64,000 bases of DNA from Nitrososphaerota archaeon (GCA_038845265.1 JAWBQR010000002.1:94609-158608), one strand, 5' to 3'; shown: positions 48,734-59,708, numbered from the stretch's first letter. The notes: generated by a model not told the origin, from the sequence alone. Made by a program: numbers and translations.

Positions 48734-50147
48734 GTCTACTACCACCGGGATCTACATTGGCGGCCGGTCCACGGGACCTCACGGCCCCGCTTCTGCCCAG
48801 CCGCCACGCCCCCCTACCCCCACCCATGCAATGCATGGGTGAGCCCGGGTTTCGGCGGCCCGCTTAGACCCGTCAATTTTCGGGGCCCCCAGCCTCGGCG
48901 GGTAAGCTGTTACGCACTTCTTAGCCGATGGCTGCTTCTAAGCCTACGGCCCCGCTGTTTTAGGCTGGAGACGCCCTTTGGTTTGTCACTTAGCGGGCAC
49001 TTAGGGGCCTTAACCCGCGGTCTGGGTTGTTCCCCTCTCGGTCCAGGAGCTTACCCCCAGTACCCCACTCCCGGGATCTACGGCGCCCGTGGATTCGGAG
49101 TTCGAAAGGAGAGTGGAGCCTCATCGGCCCCTTGCTCCCCCATCGGTGCTCTACCCCACGGGCAACCTCCCCCGAGGCTGTCCTGCGAGACACTTCGGGG
49201 GGAACTAGCTATCACCGGGCTAGATTGGCTTTTAACCCCTAGCCCCAGGTCAGGGGACCGATTTGCACATCAAGACCCCTATTCGGGCCTCGACCGGGGT
49301 TTCCCCCGGCTTCGCCCTGCCCAGGGCTAGATCGCCCGGTTTCTAGCCTCACGGGCGTGACTACAGGCCCTTTCGGACCCCGCCCCTCGCCGGAGCCTAC
49401 TCCGGCTGCGGGCTAGTCGGTTTCCCCACGCCTACGGGCTTTCAACCCTTAGGCTCGCCACACCCGTGAACTCCCCGGCCCGTGTTTCAAGACGGAGTGC
49501 ACGACCCTGGGATTGTCCCCACTCGCTCCTCGTCGGAGCTTCGCGGGGATTTCCCTTTCAGGCCGTGCTCGTCTGTTACCAGCCGGTTTCAGGCGCTTTT
49601 CACCCCCCTCCCGGGGTACTTTTCACCTTTCGCTCACGCTACTGGTCCGCTATCGGTCTTGGGACGTATTTAGCCTTGGAGGCCAGTGGCCCCCAACTTC
49701 CCGCACCATATCCGAGGTGCGGTACTCTGGGACACGGGGCATCGTCCCTCCGGCCTACGCCTACGGGGCTATCACCCTCTATGGCGCCCCATTCCAGGGG
49801 ACTTCGGCTCAGCCATCAGGACGGACCCCCGGCCCATAACCCCACACTCCCCCATGGTTACCCATGAGGGTTCGGTTTGGGCTCCTCCCCGTTCACTCGC
49901 CGTTACTAGGGGAATCCCGTTTTGGTTTCTTTTCCTCCCCCTACTTGGATGCTTCCGTTCGGGGGGTTCCCGATCCCAGGCTTATGGCCCGGGAACGCGG
50001 TGGTTGCCCACCGCGGGAGGTCCCATTAGGAGATCCCCGGATCGAAGCCCGCCTGCGGCTACCCGGGGCTTATCGCAGCTTGCCACGTCCTTCTTCAGCG
50101 CCCAAGCCGAGGCATCCACCGGCTGGCGTGCCCCCGCTTAGTGCCAA

Positions 50148-50180
50148 GGCGCAACCTATTTTGCTGCGCTCCACGTCCAA
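50148..50180 (-). other. 5' arm of the 23S pre-rRNA bulge-helix-bulge processing stem
   Basis: Sense UUGGACGUGGAGCGC-AGCA-aaa-UAGGUUGCGCC. Confidence 0.9.
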
Positions 50181-50283
50181 TGAGCGCGCTCATTGTAAAT
50201 TGACTTACTCGCGCATCCTGCCTATCAGGAAGTTTTTCTCTGATAGGCATTCATGAGCCAAATTAATCATTATCAAGCGCTTG

Positions 50284-50291
50284 CTTATAAA
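50284..50291 (-). promoter_or_regulatory. Probable TATA box of the stand-alone 23S rRNA gene
   Basis: TTTATAAG on the minus strand, about 105 nt upstream of the 5' processing arm. Confidence 0.55.
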
Positions 50292-50423
50292 TGTGTCTAT
50301 CGAATTCTTCGAAGGAATGCCGTAAATTCGGTATTTAGGTCAAGTTTACCCCTAAGAAATGTAATGTCTCTGCATTGGCCAATAAATCAATAGTGATCTT
50401 ATCCAAACTTAATGATAGTAGAA

Positions 50424-52220
50424 CTATTCGAAATCCATTGCTTCATAGATTTCTCTTGGAAGAGCAGGACACTGAATGTTCAGATGATGCTTGCTCAGTT
50501 CTACTTGGATTTTTAGAAGTCTTCTCGCTTCATCGAATTCATGATAAGTGAATGGGTTAAGCTCTCTCAGCCTCTCCCCAGAGAGTCCGGGGACATCCAC
50601 AGGTACTAGGACTTTCTCTCCCCATATTGGATGGGGATTGTATTTGACTGCTCCTCTGACTGCCTGCAGAATGAAGAGCTCTGTCTCCTCGATCGTCGGC
50701 GAAGTCCCACCGATGATTCTTCTATCCCCATACTCATCAATTTCATAGAGCGGCTCAGGTATCTCTATTTCTCTATTATTGATCGTCGTCTTTACCCATC
50801 TGTACTTCGCTACGATTCTTCCAGTCGTGTTTATCTGGTAGATCTCCGGCATGTCTCCCATTTCGTATCGCTTCTTCAAGAATTCATAGAATCTCACCAC
50901 GTGTGCGGTGGAGCTGACGCCCATGGTGAAGGGTAGGCAGTACCTAGTCTCGAAGAGCATACCGAAGGCCTCGCGAGACTGTGCTGGATGGCCCACAGAC
51001 CTGCCGTCAGCCAAAACCTTCGCCGCAAATGCCGGGTCAGTTATCTTGACCCATGCATAATCAATGAAGTATCCAGGGGATAGAAATATGGCGACATTCA
51101 TAGGCCCACTCGATTCAGGGTCCCCATCATAATATCCAGTATCTGCCAAGTGGAGGACAGATCTTGAATTCCTGTTGGGTGCTCCGTAGTAAGTAAAGAG
51201 TTTTCCTTCGAAGCATGGATTGCCATTCACGTCGAACTCTGTGTTTTCATGAAGTGCCTTGGGCGAGGTTGCAGCATTCCATATTGCGACCTGCTTAGAA
51301 TCGACATCCTCCGTCTTCGTCCATGTACCGCATTCAGAACCAATAACTTTGTCCTCAAAAATTGCCACTACGTCGTCGTTTTTTATAACTTGGTCATAAA
51401 CATAGTCCAGTGGATTGATTCCAAATTTCTCGATGTATATCTTCGCATTAGTGTGGTTGAATACATACATGCCGTGTGTAGACTTGCCTGAACCCGTCAA
51501 GCCCCATATACACATGACCACCCTCCTCAAGTCTCCTCTAATGGTTTTGACCGTGAACTCTCTCAGCGCAGCATGTTCACCTATCCCTCCAACCTTGTAT
51601 ACATGATATATCCAATGCGTTAGGAACCCCTTCTTGACCTCGCCCTGATAGGAGCTACAAGTAACAATTGTATAGTTATGGTTCGGGAAGCGAAGGACAC
51701 GCAGCATCTGGCCTGTGCTGCTCATATATGGATTCCCAAGATAGTGAGGTATGCAGAATAGCTCTACATCAGGCTCCTTCGAGGGTTCTCCAGGAAAGCA
51801 TAGCTGCTTCCACCTATACGCAATGTCGGGGAACTGTGGGTCACAGTATAGTCTACACCTCATCTCAACCCTTGTGCCTGGCTTTCCCAGGATAGCATCG
51901 ACCTGTATAAGTGGCCCCTGTGCAAGTATATGTTCAAGCACTCTCTGCATAAGAAACTTATGCTCATATTTCAGGTCTTCATCCCTCTCTATTACTACCG
52001 AACCGGTAGCCGACCTATGCCAGATGTTCGATGCCCAGCCCCACGCCCCGTTTCTGTACTGCGTACCGTACATCTTTGCCCTCTCGAACAGGTCTGGCGG
52101 ATTATTCAGGATAGCCCTTATCCCGCTTCTCTCCTTAACCTCTATGATTCTTCGAAAGCTCTCCCTGAACCCCTCAATAGTAATATCGTCCAGTGGGGGT
52201 ATTATCCTGCTATGCTGCAT
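50424..52220 (-). CDS. pckA: Phosphoenolpyruvate carboxykinase-like protein (probably ATP-dependent family)
   Basis: YQGEVKKG, EHA, GLTGSGKST, NDD, ENT, NSR, INT motifs. Confidence 0.8.
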   Translation of the reverse strand: MQHSRIIPPLDDITIEGFRESFRRIIEVKERSGIRAILNNPPDLFERAKMYGTQYRNGAWGWASNIWHRSATGSVVIERDEDLKYEHKFLMQRVLEHILAQGPLIQVDAILGKPGTRVEMRCRLYCDPQFPDIAYRWKQLCFPGEPSKEPDVELFCIPHYLGNPYMSSTGQMLRVLRFPNHNYTIVTCSSYQGEVKKGFLTHWIYHVYKVGGIGEHAALREFTVKTIRGDLRRVVMCIWGLTGSGKSTHGMYVFNHTNAKIYIEKFGINPLDYVYDQVIKNDDVVAIFEDKVIGSECGTWTKTEDVDSKQVAIWNAATSPKALHENTEFDVNGNPCFEGKLFTYYGAPNRNSRSVLHLADTGYYDGDPESSGPMNVAIFLSPGYFIDYAWVKITDPAFAAKVLADGRSVGHPAQSREAFGMLFETRYCLPFTMGVSSTAHVVRFYEFLKKRYEMGDMPEIYQINTTGRIVAKYRWVKTTINNREIEIPEPLYEIDEYGDRRIIGGTSPTIEETELFILQAVRGAVKYNPHPIWGEKVLVPVDVPGLSGERLRELNPFTYHEFDEARRLLKIQVELSKHHLNIQCPALPREIYEAMDFE

Positions 52221-52374
52221 TTATTCCAAAATTGTTTATTAAACCAGAATTTCAACATTTCCATACGGACTGAACAAAAACCCTCAAAAAATCGCTAATT
52301 TCCATTAAATTTTTAATTTTGAATCATTTAATCCTGTATTTTCATTTGGGAGACGTCTGTAGCCTTCCTCTCGG

Positions 52375-53817
52375 CTAGTCTGTGATGAGGATGTTTATGC
52401 GCTCGAAATCTTGGGGGAATAGCCGACGCATCCTCTCAACGAGGTTGTCTCCACCCACTTTGATCCTTCCAGTCACAACTAAGTCCATATCTCCATAAAC
52501 CTCATCGACTGAGTCTACGTCATCCCAGCTCAGGATCTCGCGCACTATGCTTGGAGTGTCGGCCTGTGGACGCACCTTGACGAGCACGTAGACTCTCTCC
52601 TCTCCGAAGAGGCTCCTGACACTACTCTCATTTACGCTGAATCCTAAAGACTCGGTTAGTAGCTCGACGATTTCTTTAACGCTTACCTGCCCCTCATGCT
52701 CGGCATAGTGCTGCGCAATTTTTTCAGCCGCAGCCCTTGCTTTTTCTGGACCTATCTCATGCCCGCTCCTCCTAGCTATCTCTGCGATGACTTTATGGCT
52801 AAGATGCGGTGTAGCGGCGTACTTAATCGTCTCGAAGTCAAACTTGATCTTGAGTGGAGGCACATAGCCCTCCGGCTTCCTAACAGTCATGGACTGATGG
52901 ACACCTGCCCTTATCGTTCTGGCTTCCTCAGATAATGGATGACGCCAAGGCATCTTTATCCCTGTCAGCTTGCTGAACTCTCTATAAGTGCTGTTCAAAA
53001 ATTCCCTCTTAATTCCAAGGTCTAATCCATGAATATCATGCATCACTGACGCGACTTCGTATAGGTCGGCGATTCCATTTCTGTCGCCTATGCCATAGAT
53101 GCTTACATGCGCCTCGGCGGCGCCCTCTAGGAGGGCCTCCACTGTATTGGCTGAAGCATAGCCGTAATCATTATGGAAGTGACATGCTAGGGGGAGACTA
53201 GTCTTCTCTAATGCGTATCTGAAGAATTTTCTAGTTATGCTCGGCGTCATTAATCCAGCTGTGTCGGGAACACTAACCAGCGTGGCTCCGGACTCTCTAA
53301 GATCCTTCGTGGATTCGAGAAGCCTGTCAAGCTCTGAGAACTTTCCATCCATGTAGAGTCTCGTCACGTCCTCAAGCGTGGCCCTTATGTATCGATACCC
53401 ACTTCTTGATGCTGCCTCGATTGCCTCCCTCATTCTCTCGATTGCGTCGTCGATCTGGATACCGCCTAGCTTATAGCTCAAGTGTAGCTGTGAGACGGCG
53501 ATATAGACGGCGACTCCATAGACATCGTAGGCGCTCATTGCCTCGATATCTCTCATATAGGCTCTCCCATGCATGATTACCTCGACTCCATTATCATTTA
53601 GCAGCTTGACGATTGGCTCGACTTCATCTCTATATGTCCTCGGTGGATAATCAACCGTCACCTCTACGCGTCTAACTCCGACCTTGGCTAGGAGCTCAGC
53701 AATCCTCAGCTTAATCCTCAGGGGAAAGGCCCTGAATAACTCTCCCTCCCTTAACGTCGAGTCAAGCAAAACACCAACAGAGCCCATTTGACTGTCTGTA
53801 AGAATATTATCCTCCAT
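52375..53817 (-). CDS. Homocitrate synthase/IPMS-family enzyme with C-terminal RAM (Lrp/AsnC-type) domain
   Basis: DSTLREGE, PDTAG, HFHND, GIGDRNG, RAGVH; C-terminal VDEVYGDMDL. Confidence 0.82.
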   Translation of the reverse strand: MEDNILTDSQMGSVGVLLDSTLREGELFRAFPLRIKLRIAELLAKVGVRRVEVTVDYPPRTYRDEVEPIVKLLNDNGVEVIMHGRAYMRDIEAMSAYDVYGVAVYIAVSQLHLSYKLGGIQIDDAIERMREAIEAASRSGYRYIRATLEDVTRLYMDGKFSELDRLLESTKDLRESGATLVSVPDTAGLMTPSITRKFFRYALEKTSLPLACHFHNDYGYASANTVEALLEGAAEAHVSIYGIGDRNGIADLYEVASVMHDIHGLDLGIKREFLNSTYREFSKLTGIKMPWRHPLSEEARTIRAGVHQSMTVRKPEGYVPPLKIKFDFETIKYAATPHLSHKVIAEIARRSGHEIGPEKARAAAEKIAQHYAEHEGQVSVKEIVELLTESLGFSVNESSVRSLFGEERVYVLVKVRPQADTPSIVREILSWDDVDSVDEVYGDMDLVVTGRIKVGGDNLVERMRRLFPQDFERINILITD

Positions 53818-53910
53818 ATATAACTTAGTTTAGCTCCACGTATCTCGTAGGAAGATTCTCACCGCTGTTCAGAAGATAGAAGTGATTGCCGGAGTGTAAA
53901 GATGTATGCG

Positions 53911-55698
53911 TCACCAGAGCTTTAAGACCCTGCCTCGAGACGAGTAATACTTCCTATAAGTGTTCAGCGCCATTATTATTGCAATCACTATGGTCGAAGC
54001 CGTCGTCGCAAGCAGGGCGGTGCGTGAATCGAACAGAGCCCCAAGAATCCTAGATATTACTGCTCTTATCTCGACGATGTATTCGGAGAAATGCGGGAAA
54101 TAGATCATGATTTGATAACCAGAAGCGGTCTTTATCAATACATATGCAGGTTCATCGACCTCATCTGACAGCAGCTGATACACGCTGTCAGCCAGCTTGG
54201 CCTCAGCGCCATTCACCAAAACTACTAGGTCTCCGTTTTCAACGGCGCTAAGTGCCTCGGTGCTCAGCTGAATAACTATTATTCTCGCACCGAGTCCATC
54301 GGGCCCAGAAACTCTCAGTCTCAGCCTATCCTCATCGCGGTGGAGAGCATCGACCTGTACTGAAACATCAATCTTAGTTATGTTTATCTCTCTCTTTTTT
54401 ACTTCGAGTATAGATGCAGTTGTCGACTCGTTTAGCTCCTCAGAAGATTCTTGCTCAATAACCACTTCTCCATTCTTTTCAAGTATTCGTACCTGCTCTA
54501 TCAGTGTCTTGTTGCCGATAACAATAATTTTTTCCTTAATGATCTCTATCTGCAGTGTCCCGTTCTCGAGTCTTCTCTCAACTCGCTTCTCCATATACAT
54601 GGTTACGATGCCATTTGTGAATTGGAGCTTATTCTCCACCCTATACATGTTCCCATGGAAGGATATGTTTCCAAGTACTGATAGGTTGAGCTCAGGGCCT
54701 GCTCTCAGCTCAACTTGGCTCTTTAATTGTTCCTCGATTCTTTCAGAGACCCGGTTAGCTATTCTCAGCGCGATATCTGCATGTGCCCTGGCAGCCTCTG
54801 GATTAATAGATAACTTCTCCCTCGCCTTCTCCAACATCTCTCGAGCCTGCCCCAGCATCTCAGTCAGCGTTCTGAGAGTATTTTCATCTAGGTCTGCGCC
54901 CTGTAATTTTGACTCAGCATTCATGATTGCTATTTGGGCCTGATCCATCAATTCCTCAGCTTCCCTTATTCTAACTCTGAGCTGGAGCATAGTCCTAGTT
55001 TCTTCCCTTACTCTCTCAGAGATTCTGAGGGCCTTTTCAGCGATTATTCTTGCCTGCGTAGCTAGCCTGACTGCCTCTCCTACATCCTTGTCAAGCTCTG
55101 CCTCGGCGTTTCTAAGAAGGTTCTCCGCCTGCTGCAGTAATTGTATTGCCTCAGAAACATTGCCGCCAATCCTTATCGCCTCCTCTATTGCCTCCCTAGC
55201 CCTAACAATTATGCCTCTCGCTTCCTCAATTATTTCTAGATAATTCTTAATTTGTTCCTCTCTTGTCTCTTTTATTTTTCGAGATGCCTGCTCTACTAAG
55301 TTGATCGCAAGCCTGGCCATGTTCTCTGCTCTCTTTGCGAGGCTGGCTGCTCTCTGGGGGTCTTTCTCCAGTATGCTTTTCGCCTCATCTAGGAGCGACT
55401 TTCCCTCACTTATCGCGTCCTTCGCATCTGGAATAGATAGCCCAGCGTTCTCTGCGTCCCTTATCTTATTCTCAGCCTCGCTGATTGCATCGTCTGCATT
55501 CGCTATAGCTTTTCTCGCCTTCTCTATTTCCTGTGTATCTTTTACGTTCTTGTCTCCATCTTTCTCAGGTTTTGTTTTTGTATTTGTTTTGTCCTTTGTT
55601 TTCTCGGCAGCATCTACTGCCTGAATTATCGTTGTAGTCAATAGTAGTATGCATATGAACATTATTGCAGCGATTGTCAAGGCCCTGGATCTACTCAT
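53911..55698 (-). CDS. Cell-surface protein with helical repeats, beta domain and C-terminal membrane anchor
   Basis: Signal peptide, three roughly 90-aa Ala/Glu-rich helical repeats, YFPHFS motif before the C-terminal TM helix and basic tail. Confidence 0.75.
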   Translation of the reverse strand: MSRSRALTIAAIMFICILLLTTTIIQAVDAAEKTKDKTNTKTKPEKDGDKNVKDTQEIEKARKAIANADDAISEAENKIRDAENAGLSIPDAKDAISEGKSLLDEAKSILEKDPQRAASLAKRAENMARLAINLVEQASRKIKETREEQIKNYLEIIEEARGIIVRAREAIEEAIRIGGNVSEAIQLLQQAENLLRNAEAELDKDVGEAVRLATQARIIAEKALRISERVREETRTMLQLRVRIREAEELMDQAQIAIMNAESKLQGADLDENTLRTLTEMLGQAREMLEKAREKLSINPEAARAHADIALRIANRVSERIEEQLKSQVELRAGPELNLSVLGNISFHGNMYRVENKLQFTNGIVTMYMEKRVERRLENGTLQIEIIKEKIIVIGNKTLIEQVRILEKNGEVVIEQESSEELNESTTASILEVKKREINITKIDVSVQVDALHRDEDRLRLRVSGPDGLGARIIVIQLSTEALSAVENGDLVVLVNGAEAKLADSVYQLLSDEVDEPAYVLIKTASGYQIMIYFPHFSEYIVEIRAVISRILGALFDSRTALLATTASTIVIAIIMALNTYRKYYSSRGRVLKLW

Positions 55699-55886
55699 GG
55701 TCCTTGACTATACTACTTCTCAGCCAAATTAAACCTATCTATCTCGAAAAACCTCGAGTAGCAGTATCAAAATATGCATAATGGAATGCTGCAGTATATA
55801 TTACCATAATCATGCATCGGTATTTCTATAAGCATAGTTATTAGGCTCGAAGACGAGGGTTATTCCTGCTCTGAGGGCTTCGCGGC

Positions 55887-56678
55887 ATGGCGAGTGAAGG
55901 CGAGGGATCGGCCGACGAATTCGCCGTCTTGAAAAACCCAATTAGAAGAAGAATACTGCTTAGTCTGCATTCAAGAGGCGAACTAACTGCATCTGAGCTG
56001 AAATCAATCACGAGTGTCAGTTACGGTACTCTCTACTACCACTTAGAAATGATGAAGCCCTATATCGAGTCCGTTGGCAGGGGCAGGTTCAGGCTTAACG
56101 ACAATGGTAAGATGCTGTTGAGGAGGATGATGGACGAGCGTGTAGTTGTCGAGGAGCCTAAAGCAGCCGAGTGGTGGGAGATGCTGACGCTTGGCTATCT
56201 CCTCTCGCTGGACAGTAGGAGACTCAGTGGAATAGCAGCGATGGGTGCGGCTTTGCTCGCAATCGCGATCTATGTCTCTTTTAAAATCGATGTCTATCCA
56301 ATACTTCTACATTTTAGGAATGGGCGGCCGCCGATTATTTCTTGGCCTATAAGTTTATCTGCATTATTCGGCTACTTATTGGCTATTTTTTATCTCTTGA
56401 GGAGGGATAATGGCTCTCCTGGAATACTTCTTCTCTCTGCCTCCATCTCGTATCTTCCAGTAGCTGCTTATCTCTCATCCATCTACATAGTCACAGTTCT
56501 GTTAAAGCTTCAACTAGATACGCTCTCGGCCCAAATTGGATTCATGATTTCACATATATGGCAACTAGTTATCCTCGCATCGATCTTGACACACTCATCT
56601 GGCTCAGGATACTCAAAGACGCTTCCAGCAATGCTCTTCTTCTCATACATAAGCCTCATAACATTTCTATACCTATAG
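55887..56678 (+). CDS. ArsR-like wHTH fused to a multi-pass membrane domain
   Basis: LKNPIRRRIL, GTLYYHL, FRLNDNG followed by about 5 TM helices. Confidence 0.82.
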   Translation: MASEGEGSADEFAVLKNPIRRRILLSLHSRGELTASELKSITSVSYGTLYYHLEMMKPYIESVGRGRFRLNDNGKMLLRRMMDERVVVEEPKAAEWWEMLTLGYLLSLDSRRLSGIAAMGAALLAIAIYVSFKIDVYPILLHFRNGRPPIISWPISLSALFGYLLAIFYLLRRDNGSPGILLLSASISYLPVAAYLSSIYIVTVLLKLQLDTLSAQIGFMISHIWQLVILASILTHSSGSGYSKTLPAMLFFSYISLITFLYL

Positions 56679-56774
56679 AACATTAGCCCAAGCATTACTC
56701 AGCTCCATCTCGGGTCAGTAAAAATTACAGAATCTAGGGGAGAGTTGATAAGCAAGGCTAAAAATATCAATATT

Positions 56775-57066
56775 GGGCGAGCGGCTGGGCGGGTCTCGGG
56801 GAGCTCCCGGGGAAGTTCCTCCCTCCGTCAGCGCACCTGGCGCCGCGAGGCGCGTGGGGAGACCCACGGCAACGCCACAGAAACGAGACCCCTCCACGCG
56901 ACATGAAGATGACGCGGCAACAAGCCGTCGATGACGCGTGGAGAATGGATGAAACGGGCGTCCCGGGTGGAGAAAGGCTGGAGCCCATGAGCAGCGCTGG
57001 CAAGGCTCCAGAACCGAGAAGACCGATCCCGCCTAAAACAGAAGGAGGGCTATGGGCCGCACGCCC
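56775..57066 (+). ncRNA. rnpB: RNase P RNA
   Basis: GGAAGTTCCTCCC (CR-I), ACAGAAACG, GATGAAACG, AAAACAGAAGGAGGGCTA (CR-V); P1 gggcg-gcggc pairs with gccgc-cgccc. Confidence 0.93.
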
Positions 57067-57150
57067 CCAAGATGGTTAGAATAAATCAGGTCCAAGGCAT
57101 CAAGCCATACTGCCCAAATTTTATCCACTACTCAGAGAATACACACAAGT

Positions 57151-58146
57151 CTATAGAGGTGGTTGGCGCCTTATACTTACCATGTCCCTTAATAGTAGAT
57201 TGCTTATGAATGTGGATATTTTGCTCCGCATCGAGGGTATGTTTTTTACTGATAGTATGTTGATTCCTTGGCTCTCGGCCAGCTTCTTGTTCTCTCTGCT
57301 AATCTTTGAGGCAGTTATAACTATAGAATTCTCGGCACCAATATCTTTTACCTTGAGGATGAATGACAGTAAGTATTGTTCATCGACCTTGCAGCCCTGC
57401 GGCGCTATCTCTACTGCTAGCCTAATCTTCTTGCATTGAGGGTCCATAGCTATTGCTGAGAACCTATGCATTACTCCTGATAATCCCCTAACTTCTTCAT
57501 TGATTCTTAGAATGAATCCCAAACTGGTGAGCTCTGCTGAAATAATAGGCATTATCCACTCGCTTATCGATTCATACGCATTATGGTCCTCTAGGCCGTA
57601 GGAATAGAGTTCAAGTATTTCTGATTCTTCCTGGCTGAAAAGTAGCCCGCATGACCTGCACATGGCGCGCCATACCGGCTCGACTGGTATGGAGCCGCAA
57701 TTAAGACATGCATAGAACGTGCCTATCATGACATATCTAGGCCTCTCAACTCCACATCTCAAGCACCTCTTTCTCTCCTCCCCACGAATCTCCTCGGCAA
57801 GGAAATGGGTCTGACAATTGATACATTGATAAATCGTTCCACGCTTCACTTTTTGAGACCCGCATTCACTACATGTCAAGACTAGTTGGAGGTCAATGGA
57901 TCCGCATGATGGACAGACAGCCAAGCTGCGAGACAGTCTCCTACAGAGTTCCCCAGATTCTGCGAGCTCTTCTAACAGTTGTCTGACAATCTCTGAGTTC
58001 AGAGATGTTAATCTCTCGGCATCAACATACCTATAACCCCTCTTCATCTTTACTGGCGCATACTCATCAACCAATTTATTCCTAAGAGCCATGAGTAGCT
58101 TCTTTTTAGCCTCGCTGTGATCATTTACTCGCCTAGGCTGCCGCAT
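57151..58146 (-). CDS. Multi-zinc-ribbon (TackOD1-like) protein with C-terminal Mrr-like restriction-endonuclease fold
   Basis: Six CxxC pairs; GLSGVMHRF...AVEI...KVKDI...LAESQGI. Confidence 0.72.
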   Translation of the reverse strand: MRQPRRVNDHSEAKKKLLMALRNKLVDEYAPVKMKRGYRYVDAERLTSLNSEIVRQLLEELAESGELCRRLSRSLAVCPSCGSIDLQLVLTCSECGSQKVKRGTIYQCINCQTHFLAEEIRGEERKRCLRCGVERPRYVMIGTFYACLNCGSIPVEPVWRAMCRSCGLLFSQEESEILELYSYGLEDHNAYESISEWIMPIISAELTSLGFILRINEEVRGLSGVMHRFSAIAMDPQCKKIRLAVEIAPQGCKVDEQYLLSFILKVKDIGAENSIVITASKISRENKKLAESQGINILSVKNIPSMRSKISTFISNLLLRDMVSIRRQPPL

Positions 58147-58298
58147 TACTTATCTACGCAAGATTTTCAATAGTCTATAAGTCTAGCCATAGAAACCTGC
58201 GAGTGGACCGCCGTCTTCACAACAATTATCCATAAAAATCGTATATCCGGAAATAATTTAGGAAGGATTTAATGCCCACCACGGAGGATATATTTTAG

Positions 58299-58847
58299 GT
58301 GAAAACCGACGAGATGAATAAACTCGCAGAGAGAGCGATGGACACGATAACGAGAATAATTAGTCTCATGATTGAATGGATAAGAAAGCATCCATCACTT
58401 GCACTCATAATCCTCGGTGTCATGTTGGTCGCTGCTGTTCCAGGGCAGGGCACCTCTGTCCTAATTCCAGCATTCATCTTCATCCTCGTCGGAGTGGCGT
58501 TATTCATCACTTCACGCGTCTTCTATCAACGAGTAGAGAGTTCTGAAACCTTATTCTCGAAGGGACCGGGGGAGCGGAGTGAACTCGCATTCCTGCTATC
58601 AAAGCTGTTGACCGAGGAAGAGGCGAGGATAGTCGAGGTTCTAGTTGAGTCTAACGGCACAGTTCTTCAGCGAGAGATACCATACAAGACTGGGTTAAGT
58701 AAGCTGAAGGTTCATAGAATCATAACGAGGCTTGCAAGCAGGGGACTACTGGAGAGAAGAAAGGAGAATGGAAAAGTCATAGTTACAATGGATGAGAAAT
58801 TATTGAGATTCTTAAAAGGAGCTGGCCAACCCTCTAGGGAGAAGTGA
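58299..58847 (+). CDS. Two-TM protein with C-terminal wHTH (membrane-tethered regulator)
   Basis: TM hairpin then LTEEEARIV...QREI...GLSKLKVHRII-x-RL. Confidence 0.8.
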   Translation: MKTDEMNKLAERAMDTITRIISLMIEWIRKHPSLALIILGVMLVAAVPGQGTSVLIPAFIFILVGVALFITSRVFYQRVESSETLFSKGPGERSELAFLLSKLLTEEEARIVEVLVESNGTVLQREIPYKTGLSKLKVHRIITRLASRGLLERRKENGKVIVTMDEKLLRFLKGAGQPSREK

Positions 58848-59000
58848 GTAATCATTGACAGAATCTGAAATAGCCCAGTGCTGGGTAGTCATTCCTCAGT
58901 CTAGGGTTCTCGAGTTTTCTTGAGTATCAGTCTCAAAAAATGAGACTCACAATTTCTGGAAATTATTATTTACAATCAGGCAGAGGTAAAAATCAGATGC

Positions 59001-59438
59001 GTGATGACTGAGAGGCTCTGGTTGCAGGAAGGGTTAAACTCGAGAAGAATCACTCTTGAGTGGAACAAGGCTATGTCGTCTCTCAGCAGTAAGATAAGAG
59101 AAGAGATAGAGAGGAAAGTGGCTGGGCTCGGCGACGTCATAAAATTCTCTAGGGCGTTCTTCGCATGGACGAATATTAACTATGGCTTTATAGACATAGT
59201 GATCGGTATTGGCAGGCTAGATGGACGTGATGGTAGCTTCCACTTGATTATTCCATCGATGCCATCTGAGTCTGCCTGGGTCGAGTTTAGGATTGATGAT
59301 GCATGCATCGGAGGCACCGTCGTCCAGGAGACATTGGCCGAAGTGGTTGAGCGCGAAGATGAGCTCCTCAATACCAATAGAAATCATTATTATGGAGAAG
59401 ACACGGATGTATTAGAAGATAATAGTGAAGAGGATTAA
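59001..59438 (+). CDS. Hypothetical protein with acidic tail
   Basis: 145-aa ORF after an AT-rich promoter-like tract; no motif recognised. Confidence 0.55.
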   Translation: MMTERLWLQEGLNSRRITLEWNKAMSSLSSKIREEIERKVAGLGDVIKFSRAFFAWTNINYGFIDIVIGIGRLDGRDGSFHLIIPSMPSESAWVEFRIDDACIGGTVVQETLAEVVEREDELLNTNRNHYYGEDTDVLEDNSEED

Positions 59439-59455
59439 GGGGAGGGAGAAACCTA

Positions 59456-59671
59456 GTGAAGTTAAGTAAAAATAAATCATCTAATCAAGTCAGGATTACC
59501 GTCAGTGTTCCGAAATCCTACGTGGAGCTCATGGATCTGCTCGTTGACCAGAAGCTCTACCATAGCAGGGGCGAGATCGTGCAGACAGCGCTTCGAGACC
59601 TATTAATAAGGGAGGCCGGGCTGAACGGAGAAGGAATAATTCGACTAAAGAAAAGTATTACGTCTCATTAA
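59456..59671 (+). CDS. CopG/Arc/MetJ ribbon-helix-helix protein
   Basis: ITVSVP...MDLLV...YHSRGEIVQTALRDLL. Confidence 0.85.
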   Translation: MKLSKNKSSNQVRITVSVPKSYVELMDLLVDQKLYHSRGEIVQTALRDLLIREAGLNGEGIIRLKKSITSH

Positions 59672-59708
59672 TCTAAAGTTTTTATTATATATTTAACATG
59701 AATTAGAC

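Noticed and set aside
52375-53817. Homocitrate synthase-RAM fusion as a novelty
   Set aside because: This architecture is already known from crenarchaeal homocitrate synthases, where it mediates lysine feedback.
53840-53885. GATTCTCACCGCTGTTC resembling a 23S antisense stretch near 48714
   Set aside because: Two internal mismatches and no proper C/D boxes; probably chance.
56715-57003. Two short minus-strand ORFs
   Set aside because: Antisense to the RNase P RNA.
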